Source: Candidatus Methylomirabilis oxygeniifera
GTDB taxonomy: Bacteria > Methylomirabilota > Methylomirabilia > Methylomirabilales > Methylomirabilaceae
Direction of reading: 5' to 3'
Assembly (NCBI GenBank): GCA_000091165.1
Contig: FP565575.1
Span: 1,800,001-1,832,000, forward strand
DNA: 32,000 bases
How positions within the stretch are numbered: position 1 is the first letter of the stretch; each line of letters begins with the position of its first letter. Under the pieces are notes generated by a model. The model had not been told where the DNA came from. It made no database searches and saw only the letters and a list, made by a program, of their open reading frames with translations. Positions 1 through 9,047 of this stretch are shown piece by piece. The position numbers and the translations under genes are program-made.

Positions 1-479
1 CCCACGCCCACGCCCTCGCCCTCGAGTGGCTCAACGTGAGCCGCCTTCGGGCCGGGAGCGGCGTCCGCGCCCTGCAACGTTCGCAGCGGCGGCGGCGTCC
101 ACGGGGTCAGTGCGGTCTGATAGGCAGAAGGAGCATGAGGCCTCACTGTCGCTGCTGATACGGCTGGAGGAGTCACGGTTCTGCGAGAGGAGGCCGATGC
201 AAGGCGCCGAAAGCGGCGTGAACTGGCCTGCGCTTTTTGCAGACCCGCCTGTTTTGTGCGCCGATGCGCGCGTGCTGTCGTTGTCCTAAGGGTTCTACGA
301 TCAGGTACCGGCACAGCCCGGGTCCGAATCGATCGATCGACAATCCGAACCTGGAGCGGCCGGTCGGTAGGCAGTCCGGCAGACCGCTGCATGGCGCTGA
401 TCAGGCCGATAAACACCAGATGCGCCAGCAGCGAAACAACGATAAAGTTGCGGATTTGCGGATGCTCAGCAAACAACAT
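1..479 (-). CDS. TonB-family energy transducer, N-terminal part; runs off the 5' window edge and is missing from the ORF track because no stop is in view
   Basis: ATG at 479-477, with the frame open down to position 3. Translation: MLFAEHPQIRNFIVVSLLAHLVFIGLISAMQRSAGLPTDRPLQVRIVDR, followed by a Pro/Arg/Ala-rich stretch. That is a single N-terminal TM anchor plus a proline-rich spacer, as in TonB. It lies directly downstream of the btuB-btuFCD string on the same strand. Confidence 0.5.
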   Translation of the reverse strand, partial: MLFAEHPQIRNFIVVSLLAHLVFIGLISAMQRSAGLPTDRPLQVRIVDRSIRTRAVPVPDRRTLRTTTARAHRRTKQAGLQKAQASSRRFRRLASASSRRTVTPPAVSAATVRPHAPSAYQTALTPWTPPPLRTLQGADAAPGPKAAHVEPLEGEGVGV

Positions 480-549
480 CCGCAACCCGCCATCTTGAAC
501 CTTGACTCTCAACACTAGTCGTTACAATAGTCCGCAGTCGCCATATTTG

Positions 550-1383
550 TCAAGGGTTGATCGCCTCAGAGGCGTCTTCTCGGGCAGAGAACAGATCCCC
601 TGCGTCGGGTGCGAAGGTCATCCAGGGAATACCGAGCGCGGGATGCCGATCTACTAGCACGGACACGCCGAAGACCTCTCGTATCGTATTCGGCCGGATG
701 ACCTCATCCGGGGGACCATCCGCTACGACGCGACCCGATGAGAGAAGGACCAGACGGTCAAAATAGAGTGAAGACAGATTCAGATCGTGAAGCGATGAAA
801 CAATCGTCAGACGGCGCTGAAGGTTGAGATCTTTGATCAGCGACAGCATCCGGATCTGGTGATTGAGATCGAGAGAGCGGGTCGGTTCGTCGAGCAGCAG
901 CAAACGTGGCTGTTGTGCCAGCGCCATCGCCAGGATCACCCGCTGGCGTTCCCCTCCGGAGAGTTCGTTGTACAGGCGGCCGGCAGCAGACAGAAGATCC
1001 GTGGCGGCCATCGCCGCTCGTACCGTGTCCAGGTCCGTATGCGCAGGGCCGCGGTAGCGATGCAGATACGGGGTACGCCCCAATAACACCACCTCCCTCA
1101 CTGTGAGGGAATACGGTAGCAGTAATTCCTGGGGAACCATAGCAATCGCCCGCGCCCGCGTCATTCGGCTCATCCCACCCAGATCTTCGCCCTCGAAAGA
1201 GATCGTACCGTCCCCTGGATGCAACACGCCCAGCATCAGCTTCAGGAGCGTCGTCTTTCCCGAGCCATTCGGGCCGAGAATCGCCACCCGTTCACCAGGC
1301 TCGATACACAGATCGATCCCCGCAAGCCCGAAGCCGCTCGAATAGGTGAAATGAACGCCGTCGAGACGCACCCCTGGCCTCAT
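550..1383 (-). CDS. btuD: ABC transporter ATP-binding protein, FecE/FepC/BtuD family (siderophore/cobalamin importer)
   Basis: Walker A GPNGSGKTT, signature LSGGERQRV, Walker B LLLLDEPT. I chose the start at ATG 1383 (MRPGVRLDGVHF), which overlaps the permease stop as ATGA. The 125-codon upstream extension in the ORF track is Arg/Gly/Cys-rich, overlaps the permease, and is not credible. Confidence 0.9.
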   Translation of the reverse strand: MRPGVRLDGVHFTYSSGFGLAGIDLCIEPGERVAILGPNGSGKTTLLKLMLGVLHPGDGTISFEGEDLGGMSRMTRARAIAMVPQELLLPYSLTVREVVLLGRTPYLHRYRGPAHTDLDTVRAAMAATDLLSAAGRLYNELSGGERQRVILAMALAQQPRLLLLDEPTRSLDLNHQIRMLSLIKDLNLQRRLTIVSSLHDLNLSSLYFDRLVLLSSGRVVADGPPDEVIRPNTIREVFGVSVLVDRHPALGIPWMTFAPDAGDLFSAREDASEAINP

Positions 1384-2444
1384 CGCCACCCCGACTCCTT
1401 TCCGTTTCGCCGTAGGAGGAAAAGAAAAAGGGGACCGCCGAGCAGGGCCGTGAAGATTCCCACGGGAAGTTCCGCCGGAGCTGTGAGGGAGCGCGCTGCC
1501 GTATCCGCCAGTACCAGCAGGGCTGCGCCGGCCAGGGCCGAAGCCGGTAAGAGCCGTCGGTGATCCGACCCGACCAGAAGGCGTAGGATGTGCGGAACAG
1601 CAAGCCCCAGAAATCCGATCAGACCGCTCACGCTGACGGCAGCGCCCGTCAACAGCGCACCGAGCACAATGATCCGGCCGGACTCTCGATCCAGGTCCAC
1701 TCCCAGAGCTTGCGCCCCCTCTTCTCCCACCGTCAGCGCATTGAGCGACACCGCACAACCATATGCCGCAATAATGCCCGCAACAATGATCGGCCCTACT
1801 GCCAACAGTTGTCGCGGATCATTCACTGCGATCCCACCCATAAGCCAGGTAAAGACTTGACGCAATCGAAACTCGCTCCCCTCGAACAGCAGGATGCTCA
1901 ATGAGCCCAGATAGCCGAGAACCGCATTGACAATGACACCCGCGAGCAACAGGGTCACCGGCGAGCAGCGCCCATCTATCCGCGCAAGCCGGTAGACCAG
2001 CAGCACCGCCAGCAGGCCACCGACGAAGGCTGAGACCGCCACCGATCCAAAGCCGAGGATAGAGGCTGGAGGCAGAACAAGCATGGCCACCGTCGCCGCA
2101 AAGCCGGCACCGGCAGATGTGCCGATGATATACGGATCGGCGAGCGGATTGCGAAGGAGCCCCTGGAACAGGACACCGGCAGTCGCCAGGGCTGCGCCTA
2201 CCAACGCTCCGCCGAGGACTCTGGGTAGCCTGAGCTCGAGCAGGATCGTCTCATCCGCGCCCTGCCAGGTGACGGAGCCAAGCGAAATGCCGATCGATCG
2301 AAGAAGGATTTTGAGGATAGTTATAGGAGCTAACGCGACCGCACCCTGCATCACACCGATGAGCAGCGCCAGGAACAGTATGACGGAGAGGATGAGATAG
2401 GTGCGAAGCGAAGGGTGGAGGAGGCGAAAAAAAGACATCATCAT
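1380..2444 (-). CDS. btuC: FecCD-family ABC permease (BtuC-like)
   Basis: About 10 hydrophobic segments. Family-typical motifs: RLPRVLGGALVGAALATAGVLFQGLLRNPLADPYIIG and IGFLGLAVPHILRLLVG. ATGA overlaps with both neighbouring genes. Confidence 0.9.
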   Translation of the reverse strand: MMMSFFRLLHPSLRTYLILSVILFLALLIGVMQGAVALAPITILKILLRSIGISLGSVTWQGADETILLELRLPRVLGGALVGAALATAGVLFQGLLRNPLADPYIIGTSAGAGFAATVAMLVLPPASILGFGSVAVSAFVGGLLAVLLVYRLARIDGRCSPVTLLLAGVIVNAVLGYLGSLSILLFEGSEFRLRQVFTWLMGGIAVNDPRQLLAVGPIIVAGIIAAYGCAVSLNALTVGEEGAQALGVDLDRESGRIIVLGALLTGAAVSVSGLIGFLGLAVPHILRLLVGSDHRRLLPASALAGAALLVLADTAARSLTAPAELPVGIFTALLGGPLFLFLLRRNGKESGWR

Positions 2445-3337
2445 CGAAAGCGGTCCGGGTGCAGCAGTCTGGCTAACAGCTCGAGGCCCTCAACGATCCG
2501 AGGTCCAGGACGACTGATCGTATCCGAGTTGATCGGAGCGATCGCTCCCATGCGCACCGCCCGGATGCCCTTCCAGCCCGGACGTCGAGCCACCAGATCT
2601 GGCATCTGGGAGTTCAGAGAAGTACGGGTATCCCTCAGAATGATCAGATCGGGGTCGGCCCTGATCAGCTCCTCCAGGCTAAACTGAGGCCACGCCGTTT
2701 GCGAGTCCGCAGCGATGTTTATCCCACCCGCAAGTCGAATAAGAATATCGATAAAGGAACCCGGACCGGCCGTAAAGGGGCGGCCTGGGTCACTCCCGTC
2801 AAGCTCAATAAATACCTTGGGCCTTGGGGCATCGCGCACCTTCGCCACGACCGCCGCCACGCGTTGTCGCATAGCGCGAACCAGATCCTCGGCACGCGCC
2901 TCGGCGTCCACGATCCGGCCCATCAGGAGGATGTTTCGGTAGATGTCGTCGAGCGTCCGTGGCGCAAAGATCATCACCTGAATCCCATGGCGCCCAAGAG
3001 GCAGAAGCGATTCGGCGCCCCCATAGGTCGAGAGGATCAGGTCCGGGCTTAAACTCACAATCTGCTCCAGGCTGGGATTAAAAGGAGTCACTCGAGGCTT
3101 GGCTTTTGCAGCCGGCGGAAAGTCGCTCCATTGTTCCACAGCCACAATTCGGTCTTCAGCGCCCAGGGCGAACAATATCTCGGTATTACTCGGCGTCAAG
3201 CTCATGATCCGCTTGGGCGGCCCGTCCAGTGTGACGGACCGCCCTGTATCATCGACAACAGTGAGGGGAGATGCGTCGGCCGAAGCCCATGCCGAGATTA
3301 CCAAGATGAATGACAGCAGGCATCTTCGACACCTCAT
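2441..3337 (-). CDS. btuF: Periplasmic substrate-binding protein of the cobalamin/siderophore (BtuF-like, cluster A) family
   Basis: Signal peptide MRCRRCLLSFILVISAWASA. Also RIMSLTPSNTEILFALGAEDRIVAV and PDLII motifs. Start overlaps the receptor stop (ATGA). Confidence 0.85.
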   Translation of the reverse strand: MRCRRCLLSFILVISAWASADASPLTVVDDTGRSVTLDGPPKRIMSLTPSNTEILFALGAEDRIVAVEQWSDFPPAAKAKPRVTPFNPSLEQIVSLSPDLILSTYGGAESLLPLGRHGIQVMIFAPRTLDDIYRNILLMGRIVDAEARAEDLVRAMRQRVAAVVAKVRDAPRPKVFIELDGSDPGRPFTAGPGSFIDILIRLAGGINIAADSQTAWPQFSLEELIRADPDLIILRDTRTSLNSQMPDLVARRPGWKGIRAVRMGAIAPINSDTISRPGPRIVEGLELLARLLHPDRFR

Positions 3338-5346
3338 AAGCTGCCTTTAAAACCCAGCAAAAAGGTGATCCGCGGGGCGGAGAAACCGAAGGTCTCCTGA
3401 AAGCCCTCATCAAAGAGGTTCTGGACCTTTCCGAAGAGTGACACCTCCCTCAGGTGGAGCCGGTCCTTGAGCAGGAGGTAGGCGAAGGCGACATCGACGG
3501 TGGTGTAGCTGGGAAGCGTGACCCGCGGCGAGGGAAAGGTGCGAAAGTCGAGATCCTCCTGAGCGCCGACAAAGGTCGCCGTCAGGTTGGTATGGAGTCG
3601 CTCCCAGACATGGTCGATAGAAAGCGATCCCCTATGCTTCGGTCGCCGGATCAGCGGTGCGCCGACCGGCAACTCAGTCCCTCCGACGCCGCCATTGTCG
3701 AGAACCTTACTCTCCAAGAATGTGTAGGTGCCGCCCACAGTCAGGCCGAACCCTGGATGTACCCTGGCGGCGGCCTCGATCCCTTTTGCCCTGGCCGACT
3801 GGACATTCCGGAAGCTCGGCGCTCCACCGACAAAGGCGATCAGGTTGGTGAACCGATTGTGGAAGTAGGTCGCATTCAGCTCAACCAGACCCTTGAGCAG
3901 CGACTGATCGAATCCAACCTCCCAACCCCTGGAGCGCTCCGGCTTCAGATCGGGATTGCCGATCACAAACGAGCTGCCGTCGCCGAAGTTCTGAATAAAG
4001 GTGGGCGCTTTGATCCCTTCGCCGTATCCGGCCCGGAGCTTCGTCCCAAAAAATGGGAGGATGTAGGCTCCCGACACGCGGGGGGTCACCTCGGTCCCGA
4101 ATGTGCTGTGCCCATCGACTCGAAACCCCGCCGTTAGGAAAAGCTGTTTCCTCCAGTCGAGCTGACCCTGGAGGTAGCCGGCCTTATTGTCCCGATCGGC
4201 CTCGTTACGGCTTGAAAATGGAAAATCGGTCTCTGTGGCCGCCCCACGCTGCTGGAACTCCTCCCGCTCAAAGGCGAAGCCGACGGTAAAGAGACTGGAG
4301 ACATCAAAAACGGTCGGGGCGGTCAGGTTCCAGAAGTAGTCTGCAGAGACGCGACGCTCCTCATTGGTGCTGTGGAAAGCGGAAAAATCAATGAGCTGCC
4401 CTGTGCGAGGATCCACCGGATCGAATGGGTCGTCAAAGGCCGATTGATGGCGGTAGAAGCCGACCTGCATCGTGTGCTGCCACCAGGGCGTCAGCGCATG
4501 ACTGGCTTTGCCGCTTACGAGCAACCGCGTCCGATCGGACGACTGTCTCGGATCAAGCGGGCTGTAGAGATTCCCGGCATCACCGGTGGGAAACTCGAAC
4601 GCGCTGTCGACGAATCGAACGATCAAGTTGAGGTCCAGCGCCTTTTCTATGGCGTAGTCCAACCGGCCACTGACGGTTGTTTCACGAAAGTCGTTATTGA
4701 TGCGGAGACTTCCCTCGGTATCGGTCCTGCCTACGCTTAACGAGTAGCCGGCTCTCCCACTACCACCAATCAGATTCAACTTTTCTTCAAAGGTACTCAG
4801 ATTCCCGCCTGCGAACGAGACCTCGACTTGCGGGACCCCCTTCCCTCGCTTCGTGAAGATCTGGATCACCGACCCCATGGCATCGGAACCGTACAGCGCG
4901 CTATGCGGCCCCCTGACGATCTCGATCCGCTCGATATTGTCGGTACTCAGATCACTGAAGTCAAAAGAGCCGCCGGCGTCGTTCACCTTGATGCCGTCGA
5001 TCAGTACGAGGTTGAAGCGGGATTCGCCACCCCTCGGAAAGACCGAGACGGTACCGCCGCGACTTCCTGTCTGCGTCACACTCAACCCCGGGACATCCCG
5101 CAGAAGATCCGTCACCTGGGTGACCTGACGAGCTTCGATCTCCTCCTTTGTAATCACGGTGACCGACGCCGCAACCTGTTTTACGGGAACTTCAGTTTTG
5201 GTCGCCGTTACCACCACCGACCCCAACTCTACCGCATCTTCAGGAACCGACCCAATCGTCTGTCCCGACGCACTCCCCGGTCCACAGCACCACAGAATCG
5301 TCGTCCACAACCACCACTTGGCAGCACCATGCCAGCCTGTCATCAC
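3334..5346 (-). CDS. btuB: TonB-dependent outer-membrane receptor (BtuB-like; first gene after a cobalamin riboswitch)
   Basis: Signal peptide, then plug-domain motifs VVVTATKTE, VTVITKEEIE, DLLRDVPGLSV, RGPHSALYGSDAMGSVIQIFTK. Long beta-barrel region ending in an aromatic-rich C-terminus. The start may be ATG 5343 rather than GTG 5346. Confidence 0.9.
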   Translation of the reverse strand: MMTGWHGAAKWWLWTTILWCCGPGSASGQTIGSVPEDAVELGSVVVTATKTEVPVKQVAASVTVITKEEIEARQVTQVTDLLRDVPGLSVTQTGSRGGTVSVFPRGGESRFNLVLIDGIKVNDAGGSFDFSDLSTDNIERIEIVRGPHSALYGSDAMGSVIQIFTKRGKGVPQVEVSFAGGNLSTFEEKLNLIGGSGRAGYSLSVGRTDTEGSLRINNDFRETTVSGRLDYAIEKALDLNLIVRFVDSAFEFPTGDAGNLYSPLDPRQSSDRTRLLVSGKASHALTPWWQHTMQVGFYRHQSAFDDPFDPVDPRTGQLIDFSAFHSTNEERRVSADYFWNLTAPTVFDVSSLFTVGFAFEREEFQQRGAATETDFPFSSRNEADRDNKAGYLQGQLDWRKQLFLTAGFRVDGHSTFGTEVTPRVSGAYILPFFGTKLRAGYGEGIKAPTFIQNFGDGSSFVIGNPDLKPERSRGWEVGFDQSLLKGLVELNATYFHNRFTNLIAFVGGAPSFRNVQSARAKGIEAAARVHPGFGLTVGGTYTFLESKVLDNGGVGGTELPVGAPLIRRPKHRGSLSIDHVWERLHTNLTATFVGAQEDLDFRTFPSPRVTLPSYTTVDVAFAYLLLKDRLHLREVSLFGKVQNLFDEGFQETFGFSAPRITFLLGFKGSL

Positions 5347-5383
5347 TCGCCCCCTTATCCGCGAAGGTGGTACGTTGTCTGTT

Positions 5384-5635
5384 CCCCTGGATAGGTCTCC
5401 TGACTTGTGGATCGTTGCCGACTCTGCGCCTTCCCATCCACATAGCGTTTAGTGTTGAGTGTTAAGTGTTGAGTTTCAGATCCTCATACTTCACACTTAA
5501 CACTTTTCACTAAACACTGCCCTTTGGACAGTGGCATCATGCAGAGCGACTCCCCACTCACAGTGGCGGGACCGTGCTGGCTTTACCCTGCCGCAGTATA
5601 TGGCAGGACACACCAGCTTCCCTTACATCCAGGGG
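5384..5635 (-). promoter_or_regulatory. Cobalamin (AdoCbl) riboswitch aptamer controlling the btuB operon
   Basis: Minus-strand read: P1 5' arm CCCCTGGAT (5635-5627), then AAGGGAAGCTGGTG, GGTAAAGCCAGCACGGTCCCGCCACTGTGAG, ATGCCACTG-[long hairpin]-GGGAAGGCG, and the B12 box AAGTCAGGAGACCTATCC. The P1 3' arm ATCCAGGGG is at 5392-5384. The RBS AAGGGGG lies about 30 nt downstream, and no terminator is visible, so translational control is likely. Confidence 0.85.
5446..5520. repeat. Heptamer-armed hairpin (AGTGTTG-type), copy 1, inside the variable hairpin of the btuB riboswitch
   Basis: Plus strand: TAGTGTTG AGTGTTA AGTGTTG AGTTT, a loop, then CACACTTAACACTTTTCACTAAACACT. The arms are imperfectly complementary tandem 7-mers. 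Confidence 0.8.
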
Positions 5636-5782
5636 CGCCCGGTTCGACTTATCACATTGGACTATCCGTATTGGCCTCTCTCACCCCCCTTCAAGCTTGT
5701 TACTCATTCCACTGCAGCAAAGATCCGGCTCACCTCTGCTCCGCAACACAAATCTCCCAACCCTCCGAGGAAGACTTGACCA

Positions 5783-6523
5783 CTACCGTCCATCCCCAAG
5801 CCCTGCGACAACGAGGAAGACGATTTCCGACAACTCGATCGCAGCGCCGTAGACGTCACCCGTGAGACCGCCGAGGCGACGCTTCAGCCACACACCCATC
5901 CCCAGCGCAACGGCAAGCGCAGACGCTCCCGGCACGATAATACGCACGCCCGTCCAGGCTACCAAGGCCAACGTCAGGCACGTCGCCACAGCAAAATGGA
6001 GCGGGCGCCCGTGCCGGTGGAAGGGCTTCCCCAGACCCTCGACCCGCACGTACGGGAAGAAGATGACCAGTGGAATCACCGCCCATCGCGCCAGAATGGG
6101 AAAGGCGAACAGTTGCCATACGGCGTCATGCCTGAGTACTGTCATAACGGTGAACACCTTTGCGATCACAAACAAGCAGAGGACCGTAGCTCCGTGGGCG
6201 CCGATTCGGCTGTCTTTCATAATCGCAAGCATACGCCGGCGATCCCCACGCCCCCCGCCGAAAGCGTCCGATACGTCGGCCAGCCCGTCCAGATGAAGGC
6301 CGCCCGTGATCGCCGCAAGGAGCGCCACGAGGCCGACTGCCATCAGGTCTGAGGGTAGATAACCGCGCAGGAGCCGCTCGGTCCCGACAAGCGCGAGTCC
6401 CAGCACCATCCCAACGATGGGAAACCACGAAAGCGAACGACCCAAGTCGACATCTTCGGCTAGGGCATTCTTTACCGGCAGTCGTGTCAAGAAACCGAAA
6501 GCAATGGCAAGCGATTGAAGCAT
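5783..6523 (-). CDS. cobS: Adenosylcobinamide-GDP ribazoletransferase (cobalamin synthase)
   Basis: MLQSLAIAFGFLTRLPV N-terminus typical of CobS. Polytopic membrane protein with the LDGLADVSDAFGGG and GGLTGDVYGA motifs. The ORF-track start at 6604 would add 27 atypical residues and overlap cobT, so ATG 6523 is preferred. Confidence 0.85.
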   Translation of the reverse strand: MLQSLAIAFGFLTRLPVKNALAEDVDLGRSLSWFPIVGMVLGLALVGTERLLRGYLPSDLMAVGLVALLAAITGGLHLDGLADVSDAFGGGRGDRRRMLAIMKDSRIGAHGATVLCLFVIAKVFTVMTVLRHDAVWQLFAFPILARWAVIPLVIFFPYVRVEGLGKPFHRHGRPLHFAVATCLTLALVAWTGVRIIVPGASALAVALGMGVWLKRRLGGLTGDVYGAAIELSEIVFLVVAGLGDGR

Positions 6524-6593
6524 TCTTCTCACGGCAAAGATGAATACAGACCGGCGAAATCCCAAGAGGGACGGCGCCGGCACTGCTACACAA

Positions 6594-7652
6594 CTAAACG
6601 CCACTATCGTTCACCCCCGCCGAGGTGAATGTCGCCATCTCGCGAAGGATGTGCAGCGCTGCCTCGACAAGATTCATGGCCAGCACCGCGCCGGTGCCTT
6701 CACCTAAACGTAGGTCCAGATCGAGCAGGGGTGTGGTGCCGAGCGCCTGGAGCACCAGCCGGTGCCCTGCCTCCGCAGAGCGGTGCGAGGCAATGAGGTG
6801 CCCTGCCGCACGCGGCGCGATTCGCGTCGCGGCGAGCGCCGCGCTGCCGCAGATGAATCCGTCGATCACTATTGCCATCCGAGACGCCGCTCCGCCCAAG
6901 ATGACGCCGGCGAGTCCGGCGATCTCGAATCCCCCTACCTTAGCCAGGGCATCGACGCCATCCTGTGGATCAGGACGGTTGAGCAAGAGCCCGCGCCGAA
7001 TGGCGTCAATCTTCTGTTTGAGGGCCACATCGTCAATACCGGTCCCTCGGTCCGCTACGTCTTCCGGAGGCACTCCTGTGAACACCGCGGTCAGGGCGCT
7101 CGCGGCGGTCGTATTGCCGATACCCATATCGCCGATGCCCAGAAGGGTCACCCCGTCACGCGCCAATTCCCCGGCAATCTGAATGCCGACTTCGACGGCC
7201 GTGATGACCTCTTCCCGTGTCATCGCCGGCCCTCTTGTAAAGTTGCGCGTACCGGACCCGATTCGGTGCGCCCGAACTCCCGACGCCGCGCACAGCGGCG
7301 CCTTCACGCCCATATCCACGATCACGACCCTGGCGCCGGCATGTCGCGCCAACACGTTGATCGCCGCGCCGCCGCGCGCGAAGTTGAGCAGCATCTGGCC
7401 GGTGACCTCTTGCGGATAGGCGCTGACGCCCTCCTCGGCCACGCCGTGGTCAGCCGCCATGACCACAATAGCCTTCTGAGGAAGATCGGGTACGCTCGTG
7501 CCGCGAATCGCCGCTACTTGGCAGGCAAGGTCCTCGAGTCGACCGAGACTCCTCCGCGGTTTGGTTTTGAGGTCCAACAGTCGTTGCGTTCTCTCCGCAA
7601 TCCGCTGATCCGGCTCTTTGATGCGGGAACAGATCTCAGTCAATGTGCTCAT
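6594..7652 (-). CDS. cobT: Nicotinate-nucleotide--dimethylbenzimidazole phosphoribosyltransferase
   Basis: KTKPRRSLGRLEDLACQVAAIRG, VVMAADHGV, GIGDMGIGNTTAASAL, LRLGEGTGAVLAM. Full-length CobT-like protein. Confidence 0.9.
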   Translation of the reverse strand: MSTLTEICSRIKEPDQRIAERTQRLLDLKTKPRRSLGRLEDLACQVAAIRGTSVPDLPQKAIVVMAADHGVAEEGVSAYPQEVTGQMLLNFARGGAAINVLARHAGARVVIVDMGVKAPLCAASGVRAHRIGSGTRNFTRGPAMTREEVITAVEVGIQIAGELARDGVTLLGIGDMGIGNTTAASALTAVFTGVPPEDVADRGTGIDDVALKQKIDAIRRGLLLNRPDPQDGVDALAKVGGFEIAGLAGVILGGAASRMAIVIDGFICGSAALAATRIAPRAAGHLIASHRSAEAGHRLVLQALGTTPLLDLDLRLGEGTGAVLAMNLVEAALHILREMATFTSAGVNDSGV

Positions 7653-8212
7653 AGTGGGCTTCCCAGGGTTCGAACCGACACAGGCTCGGGTCGGATGCGC
7701 AGAATCAACCCGAGGATCGCCAGGTAGATCTCATCTGCGACGCCGGCCAGTCGTTGGTGGGTACGGCCCGCAACGTCCCGGAAGGCCCTTCCGAGCGACG
7801 TCTCCGGCACCACGCCCATCCCCACCTCGTTCGTTACGATGACGGCGTGGAACGCCCGCCGCTCCAGGACGCCGACAAGGGTGTGCACCTGCTCCAAGAC
7901 CCTCGTCTCCGACCTGTCCCGGAGCAGCAAGTTCGAAAGCCACAGGGTCAGGCAGTCGATTACGACGACGTCGATATCACGAAGATCGAGCAACCTCTCA
8001 GCCAGAGCGAGCGGCTCCTCGACGGTCTGAAAGTCGGTACCGCGTGTGCGGACATGGTTCGCAATTCTCTCCTTCATCTCCTCATCCAGGGCCTGCGCGG
8101 TCGCGATGAATGCGCGCCGGGTGCCGAGGCGCCGCGCCAGCGAGAGGGCGAAGGCGCTCTTGCCGGATCGCACTCCTCCCCCGATCAATACGATCCTGGT
8201 TTCATCGCTCAT
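7649..8212 (-). CDS. cobU: Bifunctional adenosylcobinamide kinase / adenosylcobinamide-phosphate guanylyltransferase
   Basis: P-loop IGGGVRSGKSAFA, plus VVIDCLTLWLSNLL and VIVTNEVGMGVVPE motifs. About 187 aa. ATGA overlap with cobT. Confidence 0.9.
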   Translation of the reverse strand: MSDETRIVLIGGGVRSGKSAFALSLARRLGTRRAFIATAQALDEEMKERIANHVRTRGTDFQTVEEPLALAERLLDLRDIDVVVIDCLTLWLSNLLLRDRSETRVLEQVHTLVGVLERRAFHAVIVTNEVGMGVVPETSLGRAFRDVAGRTHQRLAGVADEIYLAILGLILRIRPEPVSVRTLGSPL

Positions 8213-9047
8213 CTGCCGACGCCTCCGCGAGCAGCGATTGAACTACTGCACGCGACTCCTCAAAATCAGCCTCACGAAAGACTTCGAGCGTCAGCACACC
8301 GCGGTACGACACGCTCAGCAGGGTATCGACGACCCAGCGTGCACGCTCGTGCGGGTAGTACTTAAGCGAGCGGTGATCTCGCCCCGATGGGTCCACGCCA
8401 TGCCACTGGATCACCCGCGTACGGTGCAGGTTTCGAAGAAGCAGATCTCGCTCCTGACGCTCGTCGCGGTGAAGGTGCCCGAGATCAATCGCCACAGAGA
8501 GGCCAAGATCCGTGACGACCGGCTCGATATACGAGAAATCGTAGTCGAGCGTTTCGATGCATACGTCCGCCGAAGGAATCCCGCTGTCCAAAATGGCCTC
8601 GAGCGACCCCGCCGCACGGCGACGCCAGGCTCGAATATCCGTTGGCGTCTTATCATGTTCGCAGTCGCCCAAGTCGATATGCACGATATCGGCGTACGGC
8701 TTAAGCGGCCTCGCCAGCTCGATCGCGCGGCAGACCTGCTCAATGGCCGTCTGACGCTGCGAATCGCTGTCACTCGCCAGACTGACGTTGAGAGGCGTGT
8801 GCACCGTATAGGTTAGATCGGCTCGCCCCTTCCACTCAGCGAGCCCGCGCAGTTCCGCATCATCCGGAACGCCGCAATCAAGCTCAAACAGGAGGATCTC
8901 AATATCATCGACTTGACCGGCCAGCCGCTCGACGTTTGGAAGCCATCGGGCCGGGTAGATAAACGAAGTGGTCCCGATGCGAAATGGTACGTTCACCACG
9001 GCCTGTTCGCCTATGCAGCCCGCAATGAGGTCCTTACTGCTTGTCAT
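8202..9047 (-). CDS. cbiR: Xylose-isomerase-like TIM-barrel / AP-endonuclease-2 superfamily protein, probable cobamide-remodelling phosphodiesterase (CbiR-like)
   Basis: Start taken at ATG 9047 (MTSSKDLIAG). FRIGTTSFIYPARWLPNVERLAGQVDDIEILLFE, and later HTPL, H.D and LEV metal-ligand-like positions of the TIM-barrel fold. It is embedded between bluB and cobU under a B12 riboswitch. The family assignment is from memory of CbiR-type sequences, not from a search. Confidence 0.55.
   Translation of the reverse strand: MTSSKDLIAGCIGEQAVVNVPFRIGTTSFIYPARWLPNVERLAGQVDDIEILLFELDCGVPDDAELRGLAEWKGRADLTYTVHTPLNVSLASDSDSQRQTAIEQVCRAIELARPLKPYADIVHIDLGDCEHDKTPTDIRAWRRRAAGSLEAILDSGIPSADVCIETLDYDFSYIEPVVTDLGLSVAIDLGHLHRDERQERDLLLRNLHRTRVIQWHGVDPSGRDHRSLKYYPHERARWVVDTLLSVSYRGVLTLEVFREADFEESRAVVQSLLAEASADER

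Noticed and set aside
490-549. TTGACA-N17-CTATTG promoter-like string and a lone CTCAACACT unit upstream of the partial tonB
   Set aside because: The -10 is poor and the gene is probably co-transcribed with btuD. A single heptamer unit is not distinguishable from chance.
1384-1758. N-terminal extensions offered by the ORF track: ATPase 1384-1758, cbiR-like 9048-9317, prk 29150-29287, LEA-like 29946-30098, rng 18568-18621
   Set aside because: The extensions overlap upstream genes or promoter regions. They have aberrant composition and lack an RBS. The internal ATGs have a good RBS and/or ATGA coupling, and they give family-typical N-termini.
5524-5865. Plus-strand ORFs 5524..5865, 5531..5779, 5574..5852 and 10015..10257
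   Set aside because: They lie over the two cobalamin riboswitches and leader regions. The RNA motifs explain the sequence conservation.
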